DNA of 62,883 bases, filler included, from Babesia bigemina (lineage: Eukaryota), in NCBI RefSeq assembly GCF_000981445.1. It is 8 parts of 8 records of this genome, joined end to end, with 100 filler letters (N's around TTAATTAATTAA, not from the genome) between each part and the next. Parts side by side here need not be neighbours in the genome. Positions count along the whole stretch, not along the records: positions 1 to 18,475 come from NW_012237204.1; 7 more parts are not named here. The stretch is one strand, 5' to 3'. Below, piece by piece: positions 1-9,934 of the stretch. The translations under genes and the position numbers were made by a program. The notes under the pieces were generated by a model. That model worked only from the letters and a program-made list of their open reading frames with translations. It was not told where the DNA came from and ran no database searches. The stretch's first letter is position 1, and every line of letters begins with the position of its first letter.

Positions 1-3000
1 TCCTTTGCCACTATTCCCTTCCCCCGTCATAAGTGGGGATAACCCGAATTTTGGGGGGCTGGGTAAACTGTCGCGCCTTTGAAGTCCTCAATAAGGTCTT
101 CATAATTTGGCTTCCGAAATTTTCCGTATCCACTAGGTTGTCTTGATTGGGTTTCTTATCTCCACGATGGTTATGGGTTCCTCCGCCGATCCGCCAGGAT
201 GATGTCTGGCCTGTTGTATTCCTTAGTCTTCTGAGTCTTGACCGTCTTGTCGTACGCGATCCATCCGTATTTTCCATGTACTTCACTCTCGATCTGTGGG
301 CGTCTATCTTCTCCTTGGGTAGTCCTATTTGCCTCCCGAGTACTGAGTGGACCCGTTTTGCTACCTCGTTGTGCCTCTTCGTATATTCTAGGTGTAGTAG
401 TTTCTGGCACTTCGTCGCGAGGTGATCCACGTTCTTGCCGTTGTTGCATCTTGTGCATTTCTTGGACGAAGACATCCATTGCAGATTCCTATCCTGGACT
501 TCCGCTACGTTCGCTTCTTCTTCCGGAGTGAGTATTCCACACGTCAGGTACAAGGACGACGCCTCAATGTCCAGCTTGGGGTCCTCACGCTTGGCATACA
601 GAACCTTATGAGTTGATTTTACGTGCATTCTGTTGTACAGCCATTTGTTTTGGGCCACCCTGAGGTCCCTGAGGCTCTTGTCCGTAGTGTCCTCCATTCC
701 GAATTCCATTCCATATCTTCCTTCCAGGTGCATCTTGATGTGAGATATGTGCGCGTATGTGTCGCGAAAATGCTGCATGATCGCAGCTCTCCTGGTTGAC
801 GTCACCTCGTCTGCTGAAAGCGTCAACCACAGTCGTAGCAGCATGGCTTCCGCTCTAAATACCATGCTGTGGAGCCCTCTCCCCATCTCTTTCCGGGGGA
901 GGTAGAGCCTCTGTGTGTTCGCCCACTTCTTGTGTCCGTGCTTCGCGTTAATTATTCTCCGTACTGCCAGGTCGATCTTGTCGAAATGCGTGATGTCCAT
1001 GGGGATCACGCCGATGTAGTAGTTGATGACGCTGAGGGCGTACTGGTTGATGGCCATCGAGAGGTTTTTCCCCGACAGCTTTGACGCAGCCAGTAGCTCC
1101 GTTCTCCTGCATATCTCCTGTAGTATTATGTCGAACATTCCGTCGCTTGTCAGTGAGTTTGAAGTCTCTGTGACTCCCAAGTACTTGTACGTTTCCGGGC
1201 CTTCCATCTGCTTGGCGATGCTGGCGCACGCCTCCGTGTTGGTTGCCGACTTGTCGCGGTTGATCCTGAGTCCTATGTCGTTGAAGAACTTCTCCACTTC
1301 TCGGCCCATTCCTCTCATCGTACTTTCCTCGTGGGCGAAGAACTTGAGGTCGTCAATATAGAGAAAGTGGTTTGTGGCGAATATCCTGCCGCCGGTCACG
1401 CTTAACTCCACCTTGGGGAAGATGCGAGTCAGGTGCCTGCTCAGCGGGTCCAAGCACAGCACGAAGAGAAGGGGCGATAGGCTGTCGCCTTGGAGAATGC
1501 CCCTCTCCACTTTCTTGTGCATGATTGTGTTCTTGTTCCACCGTATCTCTATATTCCACCTCTTGATCGTCTGCTTGATGAAGTTTGATAACCACCCTGG
1601 TAGGTTAAGGTTGTCGATAACCCTTGCCAGGTACGCGTGGTCGATTGAGTCGTACGCCTTCATGACGTCGACCCACGTTGCAAGTAACTTCCCCTTGTGC
1701 TTCTCGTTGAGCGCGATGTTCGCTAACGCGTGCTCCTTTGCACCCTGTACGTTGCTCCTCGTGCCCATCTGGTTCTCGGACCGTAGTCCCCTGCCATCGA
1801 CTTCTCGCTTAAGCGTCTCCGTTGCACAGCGGGTAGTTAGCTTGTATAGGTTGGACATGCATGTGATAGGCCTGTACTGTGCGGCGGACTTTGGTTTCTT
1901 GTTCTTCGGTAGTAGGTACGTGATCCCACAGTAGAACCAGTCGTCCTGCACTTTGCCTTGCTGGCATGCCTCCTCTACTAGCCTGTAAATGACTCTGTGA
2001 AGGGACGTGAGCCATTTAATGTAGTAGTTGTAGATCCCATCCGCACCGGGCGACTTCCAGTCTCGCAATTTCTTGACGATCGTGACGAATTCCTCGTATG
2101 TGGGAAAGCCTGCCTTGTTCTCTGCCGGTGGTCTTTCGACCAGATATCCTTCACCGTTGTGCGGTGCGTTTGGCTTCACCCACATTTGCGCCCAGTACTC
2201 TATCATCATCCCCTCGTTTATCGCCGACTCGTCCGCGTCCTGCTTGTTCTCCAGTGTCCTGTAGAAGTGTCCCGTGTAGAGCTCGAACATGCGGTTGTCG
2301 TTGTACAACTCCTTCTTGAACTTGGCGTTCTTGAGTTTGTCCTGCTCCTTTTGGAGCTCCTCTTGAGTCCTGCTGATCACGTATGACAGTTCCTGCGGCT
2401 TGTCCGCGATCATGTTGTACTTGTCCATTTGGCGATAAACGCGTTTCCTATCCTCCTTCTCCAGGGGGACCTTCTGCTTGTATTTCAGAAGTAATGCTCC
2501 TATCTCCTCCAGCTCCTTGATCCTCCTCTCAGCTGCCTCCTTCTTTCCCGAGGACGACGATGGTTTTGCGCTGTACTTGTCGTAGCAGTCCTGTGCCGTC
2601 TGATACAAGACGGCTAGCATCCCCATGTCAGTGACTGGGTTGTGCTTCACGTAGTTGTGGACCACTAGATCCAGCGACCTTATCGCCGTGAAGTCGAGGG
2701 AGTCCATGGTGTGTCTTTTGTTCTTTACTGTCCTAATCACTCCAGGCTCCCTCAACCTCTGTGCCATGATCCGGTCGAAATCCTCCTGCAGGGCGTTGTA
2801 TGAGTCGACGTCGTGCAGCGATGCTATTTCTCCAACGTCCGTCGGTTGGCTCCGCGCTGCTTTGGCGACTACCTGTCTTGCCATCTGCTCCACCTCCTTG
2901 TGGGTCTTGTGGAATTCGAAATGCTCGTTGGCATATTCCGCGAGGACTTTCCATCCTCCTCGTGGCATCCTCTGATACTTCGTCACTACTGCCTTGTAGA

Positions 3001-3990
3001 CGTCCGGTACCCAATGACACCATGGTCCATCGATCTGACGCATGACACAGTGCAGGAACTGTAACTTGGCATTCAGCCTAGCGTAGTTCGGCGGCATTTG
3101 TGGCGTGTTCCCGGCCCGTTCAGCCTGCGGGGCGTGCCCTTCGGGTGCCCTCGGCAACGCAGCCGTCTCAGTGAGCGCCACCTCACTGGCGGTGCCCGGT
3201 GCTATACTGTTGTTTGATTCTCTCACAGGCCCGACTTGCTCAGGTTCCTCTTCGTCCACGTCCATAAAGTCATCCGACGATATGGAATACACGGTCGGAG
3301 AGCGGCAGCCACCGTTTCCGACAACCTCCCCTGCCGGTGGCTGCAGGGTAGACAGTGTCTGCACACACACGGGTGCGCGTTCCGAGGAACTCGGCCCGGC
3401 GTTGCAAACCACGACAGGCGGCGTTTGAGCCGTGTTTCCTGTCTTTTTGGCCTTCCGGTTGTTACCCTTTTGGCCCTGGGGACCGCCGTTCCGCGCTTTG
3501 TTTCCAGCGCCCTTCACAGCCGGAGTGGTTCCGGGCTGGTGTCGTTTCCGGCTTGCCTGCGGGATTGGCCGGCTTTCGCCGCCACGGCCGGCCCCCTTCG
3601 AATTTGTGGGTTTACCTTTAGGGCCCTGAACACCGCTTTGTACCGGTTTTCTGGATTCATGCCGCCTTTCGGGTTGCCGACACTCTCGGCGCCCCACGGT
3701 GGCAAGCGGAGCATCGATGTCCATCCCATCGGGGACGTCCACGTCAATAACCATGAGGTCTCCGTCCTCATCGATTTGACTGCTCAGCTGCACTTCTTGT
3801 GAGCTCTCCATTGGTACCTTGTTCGTCTATCCAGCGCGCCTGTGTGGCCGCCTTTCGCCTCGCGATGTTGCCGCTTTAATTCCGCACTTTTGGCCTTCAA
3901 TACACCCCCCAGTGACATCGGAAAAATTTCCTTTCTGTGATAAACCCGAGAAAACACGTTTCTCAAAGTTTCCCCCAAAATCACAGAAGA
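1..3990 (-). mobile_element. Non-LTR retrotransposon, RLE-type (R2 group, R4/Dong-like), copy 1; 5' end present, 3' end runs off the window
   Basis: Single long ORF with RT, CCHC and RLE motifs. About 180-nt 5' UTR ending where antigen-gene homology begins (~3990). Near-identical to 20380-22246. Confidence 0.92.
11..3811 (-). CDS. Retrotransposon polyprotein: Myb-like, reverse transcriptase, zinc knuckle, restriction-like endonuclease (C-terminus frameshifted near the contig end)
   Basis: Motifs KSPGADGI, YRPITC, DVMKAYDSIDH, GILQGDSLSPLLF, YIDDLK, YKYLG, RLYLPRKEMGRGL, CTRC-x7-H-x4-C and RHN. One A is missing at ~295 relative to copy 2; the RPDIILAD motif continues in ORF 171..479. Joined with copy 2 the consensus is ~1347 aa. 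Confidence 0.93.
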   Translation of the reverse strand: MESSQEVQLSSQIDEDGDLMVIDVDVPDGMDIDAPLATVGRRECRQPERRHESRKPVQSGVQGPKGKPTNSKGAGRGGESRPIPQASRKRHQPGTTPAVKGAGNKARNGGPQGQKGNNRKAKKTGNTAQTPPVVVCNAGPSSSERAPVCVQTLSTLQPPAGEVVGNGGCRSPTVYSISSDDFMDVDEEEPEQVGPVRESNNSIAPGTASEVALTETAALPRAPEGHAPQAERAGNTPQMPPNYARLNAKLQFLHCVMRQIDGPWCHWVPDVYKAVVTKYQRMPRGGWKVLAEYANEHFEFHKTHKEVEQMARQVVAKAARSQPTDVGEIASLHDVDSYNALQEDFDRIMAQRLREPGVIRTVKNKRHTMDSLDFTAIRSLDLVVHNYVKHNPVTDMGMLAVLYQTAQDCYDKYSAKPSSSSGKKEAAERRIKELEEIGALLLKYKQKVPLEKEDRKRVYRQMDKYNMIADKPQELSYVISRTQEELQKEQDKLKNAKFKKELYNDNRMFELYTGHFYRTLENKQDADESAINEGMMIEYWAQMWVKPNAPHNGEGYLVERPPAENKAGFPTYEEFVTIVKKLRDWKSPGADGIYNYYIKWLTSLHRVIYRLVEEACQQGKVQDDWFYCGITYLLPKNKKPKSAAQYRPITCMSNLYKLTTRCATETLKREVDGRGLRSENQMGTRSNVQGAKEHALANIALNEKHKGKLLATWVDVMKAYDSIDHAYLARVIDNLNLPGWLSNFIKQTIKRWNIEIRWNKNTIMHKKVERGILQGDSLSPLLFVLCLDPLSRHLTRIFPKVELSVTGGRIFATNHFLYIDDLKFFAHEESTMRGMGREVEKFFNDIGLRINRDKSATNTEACASIAKQMEGPETYKYLGVTETSNSLTSDGMFDIILQEICRRTELLAASKLSGKNLSMAINQYALSVINYYIGVIPMDITHFDKIDLAVRRIINAKHGHKKWANTQRLYLPRKEMGRGLHSMVFRAEAMLLRLWLTLSADEVTSTRRAAIMQHFRDTYAHISHIKMHLEGRYGMEFGMEDTTDKSLRDLRVAQNKWLYNRMHVKSTHKVLYAKREDPKLDIEASSLYLTCGILTPEEEANVAEVQDRNLQWMSSSKKCTRCNNGKNVDHLATKCQKLLHLEYTKRHNEVAKRVHSVLGRQIGLPKEKIDAHRSRVKYMENTDGSRTTRRSRLRRLRNTTGQTSSWRIGGGTHNHRGDKKPNQDNLVDTENFGSQIMKTLLRTSKARQFTQPPKIRVIPTYDGGRE

Positions 3991-3991
3991 T

Positions 3992-6900
3992 TCCAACTCC
4001 CTTACTGACGATGCTACTAAGAAAGCTTTGGAGGACATTGACTCCAAGCTCATTAGCCTTGGTCACCTTGCTGGTCAACTTGGAGGATTTGTTGGTGAGA
4101 GTGAGAGTGTTAAGAAAGCCGTTATATATGCTATTATCGCTGTTTTTAACAATAATCCGCACCTTAAAAATGACTTAAAACATCTTTACTCTTCTCATGT
4201 TACTAACCTTTCTGAGTCTGTCAAGTCTGCTGGCAAGGCTGGTGACACCGGTGAAATTGAGAAGCTTCATGTTGAAGTGTCTAAAAAAATTACTGAAATT
4301 GACGCGGAAATTAAAGATCTTGAAAAGCCTAATAACCTCTATAATAATCTTCCTTCTTCCCCCTCTCTCTCTGCTGAGTCAGACAAATTGCAGTCCAAGT
4401 TGGAGGCTTTGAGGAAAGTGGAGAAGCTTTGTGGATTTTTGACTAATTCTAATAATCATCCAAATGATCCTAAAAATCTCTTAGATAATTTATGTGATGG
4501 TCTCGAAACCTTCCTCGGCTTCAATCCATCTTCCAAAGGCTACACTGGCCAGGGGATTGTGTACTCTGACCTGGACAGGCTGTGTGATGCAGTGATGGGA
4601 TTTTTGAGTGGAGTGCTTGGTGCGGTGAAAGATGATGAAGCAGTTAAAACGTACGATAAATACATGGATAGAAAGCTTAGTGAAGTACTAAAAGAGGTAA
4701 ATAAAAATATTGGCTCCGGGCGTGAAGGGCTTGTGGCGTCTGTCGACGCGGTGAAGGGGTGGTTGGAGGGGTATGATAACCAAATCAAATGGTTGACATA
4801 TAATGTTATGAATGATATGAACGAGTTAATTAACGATTTAGGAACTACATACTACGTTTCTATAAAAGCCGATCAAAATCTCGAAACTCAGTTGCACATC
4901 TGGAGGTCTGTTCTCCAGAAAATAAACGACCGATTTACGCAGATGGAACACAATGTTGAAAAGTTAGATCCGGCGTTACACGAACAGTTGAAAAAGGAAA
5001 TGATTATTTTCAAGAGGTCATTAGAGCTGTTACAGGAGTCGGCGAAAAATACGTCGTGTGAGGAGCAGATTAAGAAGGTGGATGAAACATTGTCGGAGCA
5101 GAAAAATTATATACAAAAACAGATCGAAGATGGGAGTTTAAAACTTAGACAAACTTTGGATGCCGACTTGTGGAAACTTCGCAATTTTGTCAAGTCTTTG
5201 GAAGAAACAAAAAACCAGAATATTAAGGATATACAGAATCGTTTGGATGATGCTAAAACCTTTCTGTCAAATAATTTCGATAGAGATTACAGAAATGTAA
5301 TTACTGGGCTTTTTTGTGACATACAACGACTTGTTGAGAATGTTCGAGGGTCTTTAATCGTAAAGAAAGCAGAACTGGCGGCGTTGGTAGAAGAGGCTCA
5401 GACACACTTTAAAGAAATTCAACGAGGGGTTGGTAAAGAAACTGGAGTACCAGGTAGTATATATGAACAATGGGGATTGCTTAAAGGAAGAATTTCGAGG
5501 ATTGTTGGAGACCTTCATGATAAGAAGGGAACTGCAACACCGAATTATTTAGGCAGGATATTGAATAACGTAACGAAGTATGTCAGTAATTTCAGAGAGG
5601 AATTAGGAGATGACGGGAACGGTTTTAACACTGTAGTAGAGCAGTGGATTGGAGAGATTTTGGGGCTTGACCCGGTGAGAGGGTGGGTTGAGGATTATGT
5701 TAATGCCAACAAGAGTGCTTTGCAACTACAATATACGACGGATACTCCGATCGGAAGTGGAATCTATGATACGTTAAACAAGAAGATTGCAACTAAGGTG
5801 AGGGAACTACTTCCTACAGGTGTTATTAGCAATGCCGTCGCGATGGCTAGCGGCTTTAACTCGAACGGAACCATAAATGATCATGTTAGAACCGTGCAGT
5901 TTGTTTGCATTGCATTTGCGAAACAGCTTGGCGACAAGATCAAGGGAACTGGTCTTGTGACACTTTCCTCCACTATAGTAGATGCGGTTAACTTGGCAGT
6001 AAAGCGTGCGGATCAGAATGTAAGCGGTACTCACATTACCCGCGCAATTCAATTTGTTCTTTACGAACTCGTTGGTTCAGCTCACGGAGCAATTGCCGAA
6101 CTTCAGCGATTCACATCAACGTCCGACATGGAAGACCTACTGAAGCAGGCTGTGAAAAACGTCGACATTATTGGCAGAGAATTCGACGACGCAGATACAG
6201 GAGAATACGGTAAAACAATCACGACATTGCTGAAAACTGCAGAGGCACAAATTGGCAAGCTGGGAAAAATATTAGGAAGCGCAGGAGTCACACTTAAAGA
6301 CCGCGTCGATAATATTCAGTGTGAGATCATTGAAAATCTTCATGGCATTTGCAAGAATGATGACGAAGGTGAAATCAATAAAAAGGGTAAAACGGCGTTC
6401 GATAATATCGAGGCATTGAAAAGCAAGCTGGGTGTCGACATATATCTCATCGGGGCGGAGGTTCAGAACACTGGTGTATATCTACAGTATGCAATCGACG
6501 CCGTCAGCGACTCATTGGGTGCAGCTTATAAGACAGCCATGACATCCGTTTCAGAACACAGGAATGCGCTCATCGACGCAACTACCAACGCATTCGACGA
6601 ACTAACCTCTCAGGTTCAAGCCATGTCAACCAGGCAGAAGCTTGCGAACCTAGAAGCGCTCAGAACGCTGGTGAGTGGGCAACACGAAATCATACACGAT
6701 GTCATTAAATATAATAGAAACAACGGCGTTAAGGGTCTATTAAAGTGGCTGTTTAAAGGCAAAGGAAATGAACTCGGTAAACTTAACGTTGATATAAGTC
6801 CAACTATCACACCGCAAGAACATTCAAACAAGTTCAAAAAATTATCATCGAAATTCCAACAATATGCTGACGTAATTTTGTCGTACACCGAGGAACAAGT

Positions 6901-9334
6901 AAAGACGCCTGTGCCAAACAAGTTCCCAGAACACAATACCCAATCTGGTCAGGTTCGCAAAATTAGAACCGAATTTGACATATTACTCGATCACCTAAAA
7001 ATCAACGAAAATAAAAAATACAATCTTGATGATGAATTTGAAAAGAAATTAGCTGTACTGAAGAACAATGTAAATTCCCGAACTCCCGCTACCTCCGCCC
7101 TCGACCCCCAAGCGCTGCCGGACGCAGGACGGCCCGTGCTCAAGGCGCTGCGGGATGGGATGATGGGATTCGTGGAGGAGTTGGGGAAGGGGTATGTGAG
7201 TAGGTATGATGGAGGTGAAAGTATTAAAGAGTGGGTTAAAAGAGAAGGTGAAAAAGACGTTTTGACGCCTGAAGGAAAAAATGGCGCCAAGGTGTTTTTG
7301 ACGCTGCTGGAGATGGTGAATGAGGACCTCGGGCATTTGAAAAATGAATGTGAAAGAGATTGGGGAAAATTTAAAATATACGAACAGGATAACGAAAGCA
7401 CAAATCCACTCGGTTCGTTCCTTAAACGATGTGGGTTCAAAGTCGCTGAACGTGACACTTCCAAAGATGGCGAGTTGAGGTTACCATTAAGTGGATTCAG
7501 CGGTGACCATATTACCAAATTGGAGCTTTTCACGTCCATTCCTCACACTAATGCCAGCAAGTTCCTTGTAAATCTCGACAGCCTTATCACTCACCTCAAC
7601 CAGTATAACCAAGTCGGCCACCTTAGGCATGTCAAGTCGCCTAGGAACCCGTGCAGTATTTTCGAAATGCTCGTATGGTCATATGGGCTGCAGCACAACG
7701 GTGTCTATGATGAATTGGTGAAATATTGTCATAAGTACGATACATCATATGATAAGAAACCAGATGCAGAATTCAAGAAGCGGTTGACAGACACTGTGGA
7801 TTACAGCCTACGTGCTCTGAGCGATTATTCACGTAATATACTCACAACCATACTCGGTACTGGTGACGAATACACAACGTACGCCGTTGACTACTCCGAT
7901 AATTCCCTCAATCTGAAATATCCTGCATCAGGTGAGGACTGCCTACATACGCTGCTGGACATCCTCCGTAGACTCCTGCCCACATTGCGATTTCTGAATA
8001 ACCAATGCAAGCTCAAAACCAAAGACAACGGTTGGTACGAATGCGAATATGGTATGTACACCGCTCCAGCCAAATGGCCGTGTACCGCCCACTCAAGCGA
8101 CAAGGCAACGAGTCAACCAAACACGCAACCAAAGTGCCAACCAACGTGCAAAGTAAACAGCCAAGCAAATTGCCAACCAACTTCCCCTCTTCAGTCTTAC
8201 TTAAATGACTGTCTACCTGGTCACCTACCTCATCGATTGATTGATGTCGGCTGTAAGTCGGAATGTAAAACGTGCTCTCCAAGTACCAGCGGCATGCCGT
8301 GTGTGACTCCCCTTGGCTTCAAGGCGTTTTCATGTAGCACGCGCCGTGGTGAAGACATATGTGCTGTGTTAAGCAAATTCTTTAACGTTGCGAAGCTTTC
8401 GCCTTTATTCTGCCTGGCGCCCAAACCACCATCTACGCTGCCAGAGCACATGGAATTTGCATTAGCGTTAGTCAAGGATTGGGATTCCGATGCAACGCAC
8501 CCTCTTAAAAATAGTATTCATTCCACAATACGAGGCGCATCTATTGAACTATGTGGAAAGCCGGAAGTGCTGACCACTGCGCTAACAAATGCGTACGGTT
8601 CATATTATGGCAGCCATGACACCTGTGATGATCAGCACATTTCTAGTCTCACAAGGTGGGATGCGTGTCCTGCACAGAATAAACGTTGTGCTCCATACCT
8701 TCAATCCTTATGCTACGATTACTATAGCTATCTTGTCAAGAAGCACTGCAATCTATACTTGTCATGGGCTGTATACCTACCATGGGATTTCTGGACTCAA
8801 CTGAACAATATGTGCAACGCGTTCAGCAATATCTCATGTCAAGATTGGGGATGCAGAGAGTGTCTGCGTGCCGACAAATGTAAGCGTGGAGAGCATGGGC
8901 TCAGCGTGAAAAAGGATGACGAATCCGAAGAGCCAAATTGTCGATGCCCTTCGATTATCAGCTGCAAAAGCGTTTCACCTATGTTGTACTCTTATGGATT
9001 AACCTTTGGTCACCCTACCAAAATTCTTACCAACAAAAAATGTAACGACTTTTACAATCAGTTGCACAGTGTCTTAAATTCAAAATATTTTATTGACCTA
9101 CTGACAAAATGTGATGAATACCTGCGCGATATTAGATGGCCATTTATGCTCACCGTCCTGACCCTCTGGCTCCTCTCTTTCCTCTACCTCATCCACATCA
9201 TGGTCATCCGCCTAGATCTCCTCCATATCAAATCGCATTTGCATAGTCCATCATCGCATCGTATCGCTGCTCAATCCTTACTTGCTGCTGCACGTGTTAA
9301 CAAGCTTAACAGAGTGTTTTACCTGCAACCATAA
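3992..9334 (+). CDS. VESA/ves2-like variant antigen, class 1 tail; 5' end displaced by the retrotransposon
   Basis: GIVYSDLDRLCDAVMGFL motif, coiled-coil middle, Cys-rich domain, TM helix, tail LDLLHIKSHLHSPSSHRIAAQSLLAAARVNKLNRVFYLQP. The ORF track starts at TTG 4028. Confidence 0.88.
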   Translation, partial: SNSLTDDATKKALEDIDSKLISLGHLAGQLGGFVGESESVKKAVIYAIIAVFNNNPHLKNDLKHLYSSHVTNLSESVKSAGKAGDTGEIEKLHVEVSKKITEIDAEIKDLEKPNNLYNNLPSSPSLSAESDKLQSKLEALRKVEKLCGFLTNSNNHPNDPKNLLDNLCDGLETFLGFNPSSKGYTGQGIVYSDLDRLCDAVMGFLSGVLGAVKDDEAVKTYDKYMDRKLSEVLKEVNKNIGSGREGLVASVDAVKGWLEGYDNQIKWLTYNVMNDMNELINDLGTTYYVSIKADQNLETQLHIWRSVLQKINDRFTQMEHNVEKLDPALHEQLKKEMIIFKRSLELLQESAKNTSCEEQIKKVDETLSEQKNYIQKQIEDGSLKLRQTLDADLWKLRNFVKSLEETKNQNIKDIQNRLDDAKTFLSNNFDRDYRNVITGLFCDIQRLVENVRGSLIVKKAELAALVEEAQTHFKEIQRGVGKETGVPGSIYEQWGLLKGRISRIVGDLHDKKGTATPNYLGRILNNVTKYVSNFREELGDDGNGFNTVVEQWIGEILGLDPVRGWVEDYVNANKSALQLQYTTDTPIGSGIYDTLNKKIATKVRELLPTGVISNAVAMASGFNSNGTINDHVRTVQFVCIAFAKQLGDKIKGTGLVTLSSTIVDAVNLAVKRADQNVSGTHITRAIQFVLYELVGSAHGAIAELQRFTSTSDMEDLLKQAVKNVDIIGREFDDADTGEYGKTITTLLKTAEAQIGKLGKILGSAGVTLKDRVDNIQCEIIENLHGICKNDDEGEINKKGKTAFDNIEALKSKLGVDIYLIGAEVQNTGVYLQYAIDAVSDSLGAAYKTAMTSVSEHRNALIDATTNAFDELTSQVQAMSTRQKLANLEALRTLVSGQHEIIHDVIKYNRNNGVKGLLKWLFKGKGNELGKLNVDISPTITPQEHSNKFKKLSSKFQQYADVILSYTEEQVKTPVPNKFPEHNTQSGQVRKIRTEFDILLDHLKINENKKYNLDDEFEKKLAVLKNNVNSRTPATSALDPQALPDAGRPVLKALRDGMMGFVEELGKGYVSRYDGGESIKEWVKREGEKDVLTPEGKNGAKVFLTLLEMVNEDLGHLKNECERDWGKFKIYEQDNESTNPLGSFLKRCGFKVAERDTSKDGELRLPLSGFSGDHITKLELFTSIPHTNASKFLVNLDSLITHLNQYNQVGHLRHVKSPRNPCSIFEMLVWSYGLQHNGVYDELVKYCHKYDTSYDKKPDAEFKKRLTDTVDYSLRALSDYSRNILTTILGTGDEYTTYAVDYSDNSLNLKYPASGEDCLHTLLDILRRLLPTLRFLNNQCKLKTKDNGWYECEYGMYTAPAKWPCTAHSSDKATSQPNTQPKCQPTCKVNSQANCQPTSPLQSYLNDCLPGHLPHRLIDVGCKSECKTCSPSTSGMPCVTPLGFKAFSCSTRRGEDICAVLSKFFNVAKLSPLFCLAPKPPSTLPEHMEFALALVKDWDSDATHPLKNSIHSTIRGASIELCGKPEVLTTALTNAYGSYYGSHDTCDDQHISSLTRWDACPAQNKRCAPYLQSLCYDYYSYLVKKHCNLYLSWAVYLPWDFWTQLNNMCNAFSNISCQDWGCRECLRADKCKRGEHGLSVKKDDESEEPNCRCPSIISCKSVSPMLYSYGLTFGHPTKILTNKKCNDFYNQLHSVLNSKYFIDLLTKCDEYLRDIRWPFMLTVLTLWLLSFLYLIHIMVIRLDLLHIKSHLHSPSSHRIAAQSLLAAARVNKLNRVFYLQP

Positions 9335-9455
9335 TCGTACTCACGTGTTTACTGTCTACACTCACCTAGCATCACCTACTCACCTAACTTATGAATTGTT
9401 GTTTAATCTGTTGTATCACTCATTAATCGTTGTATGTGGTTGTGTAATAGTTAAC

Positions 9456-9570
9456 TAAAGTGTTGACCAATGCCATGACCAAGGTGCTGACCAATGCCAT
9501 GACCAACGTGCTGACCAAAGTGGTGACCAAGGTGCTGACCAAGGTGCTGACCAAGCACCTGACCAAGTTG
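9456..9570. repeat. 12-bp degenerate repeat (GTGCTGACCAAG), class 1 3' flank
   Basis: Direct reading; also at 17095, 41547 and 56648. Confidence 0.85.
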
Positions 9571-9912
9571 ATGGACACGGCAGCGATGATATGGTTACGG
9601 CAGCGATGACATGGTCACGGCAGCGATGACATGGTCACGGCAGCGAGGACATGGTTACGGCAGCGGTGACATGGTCACGGCAGCGATGACATTGCCACGG
9701 CAGCGATGTCATGGTTACGGCAGCGATGACATGGTCACGGCAGCGATGACATGGTTACGGCAGCGATGACATGGACACGGCAGCGATGACATGGACACGG
9801 CAGCGATGACATGGACACGGCAGCGATGACATGGTCACGGCAGCGATGACATGGTCACGGCAGCGATTTCATGGTGACGGCAGCGATGACATGGTCACGG
9901 CAGCGATGACAG
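9571..9912. repeat. 20-bp satellite (GGCAGCGATGACATGGTCAC)
   Basis: 20-nt periodicity visible directly. Confidence 0.95.
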
Positions 9913-9934
9913 TGGTGACTTAAGTGGTATTTAT

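Noticed and set aside
1..300. Divergent C-terminus of retrotransposon copy 1
   Set aside because: Indels and mismatches versus copy 2 rise toward the contig end, typical of low-quality read ends; cannot be called real inactivation.
3990..4010. Target-site duplication
   Set aside because: Only one junction per copy is visible, so no TSD can be demonstrated.
4028..9334. Bacterial Ebh/adhesin identity or horizontal transfer
   Set aside because: Any resemblance would come from coiled-coil composition; the Cys-rich domain, TM helix and tail fit Babesia VESA-like proteins.
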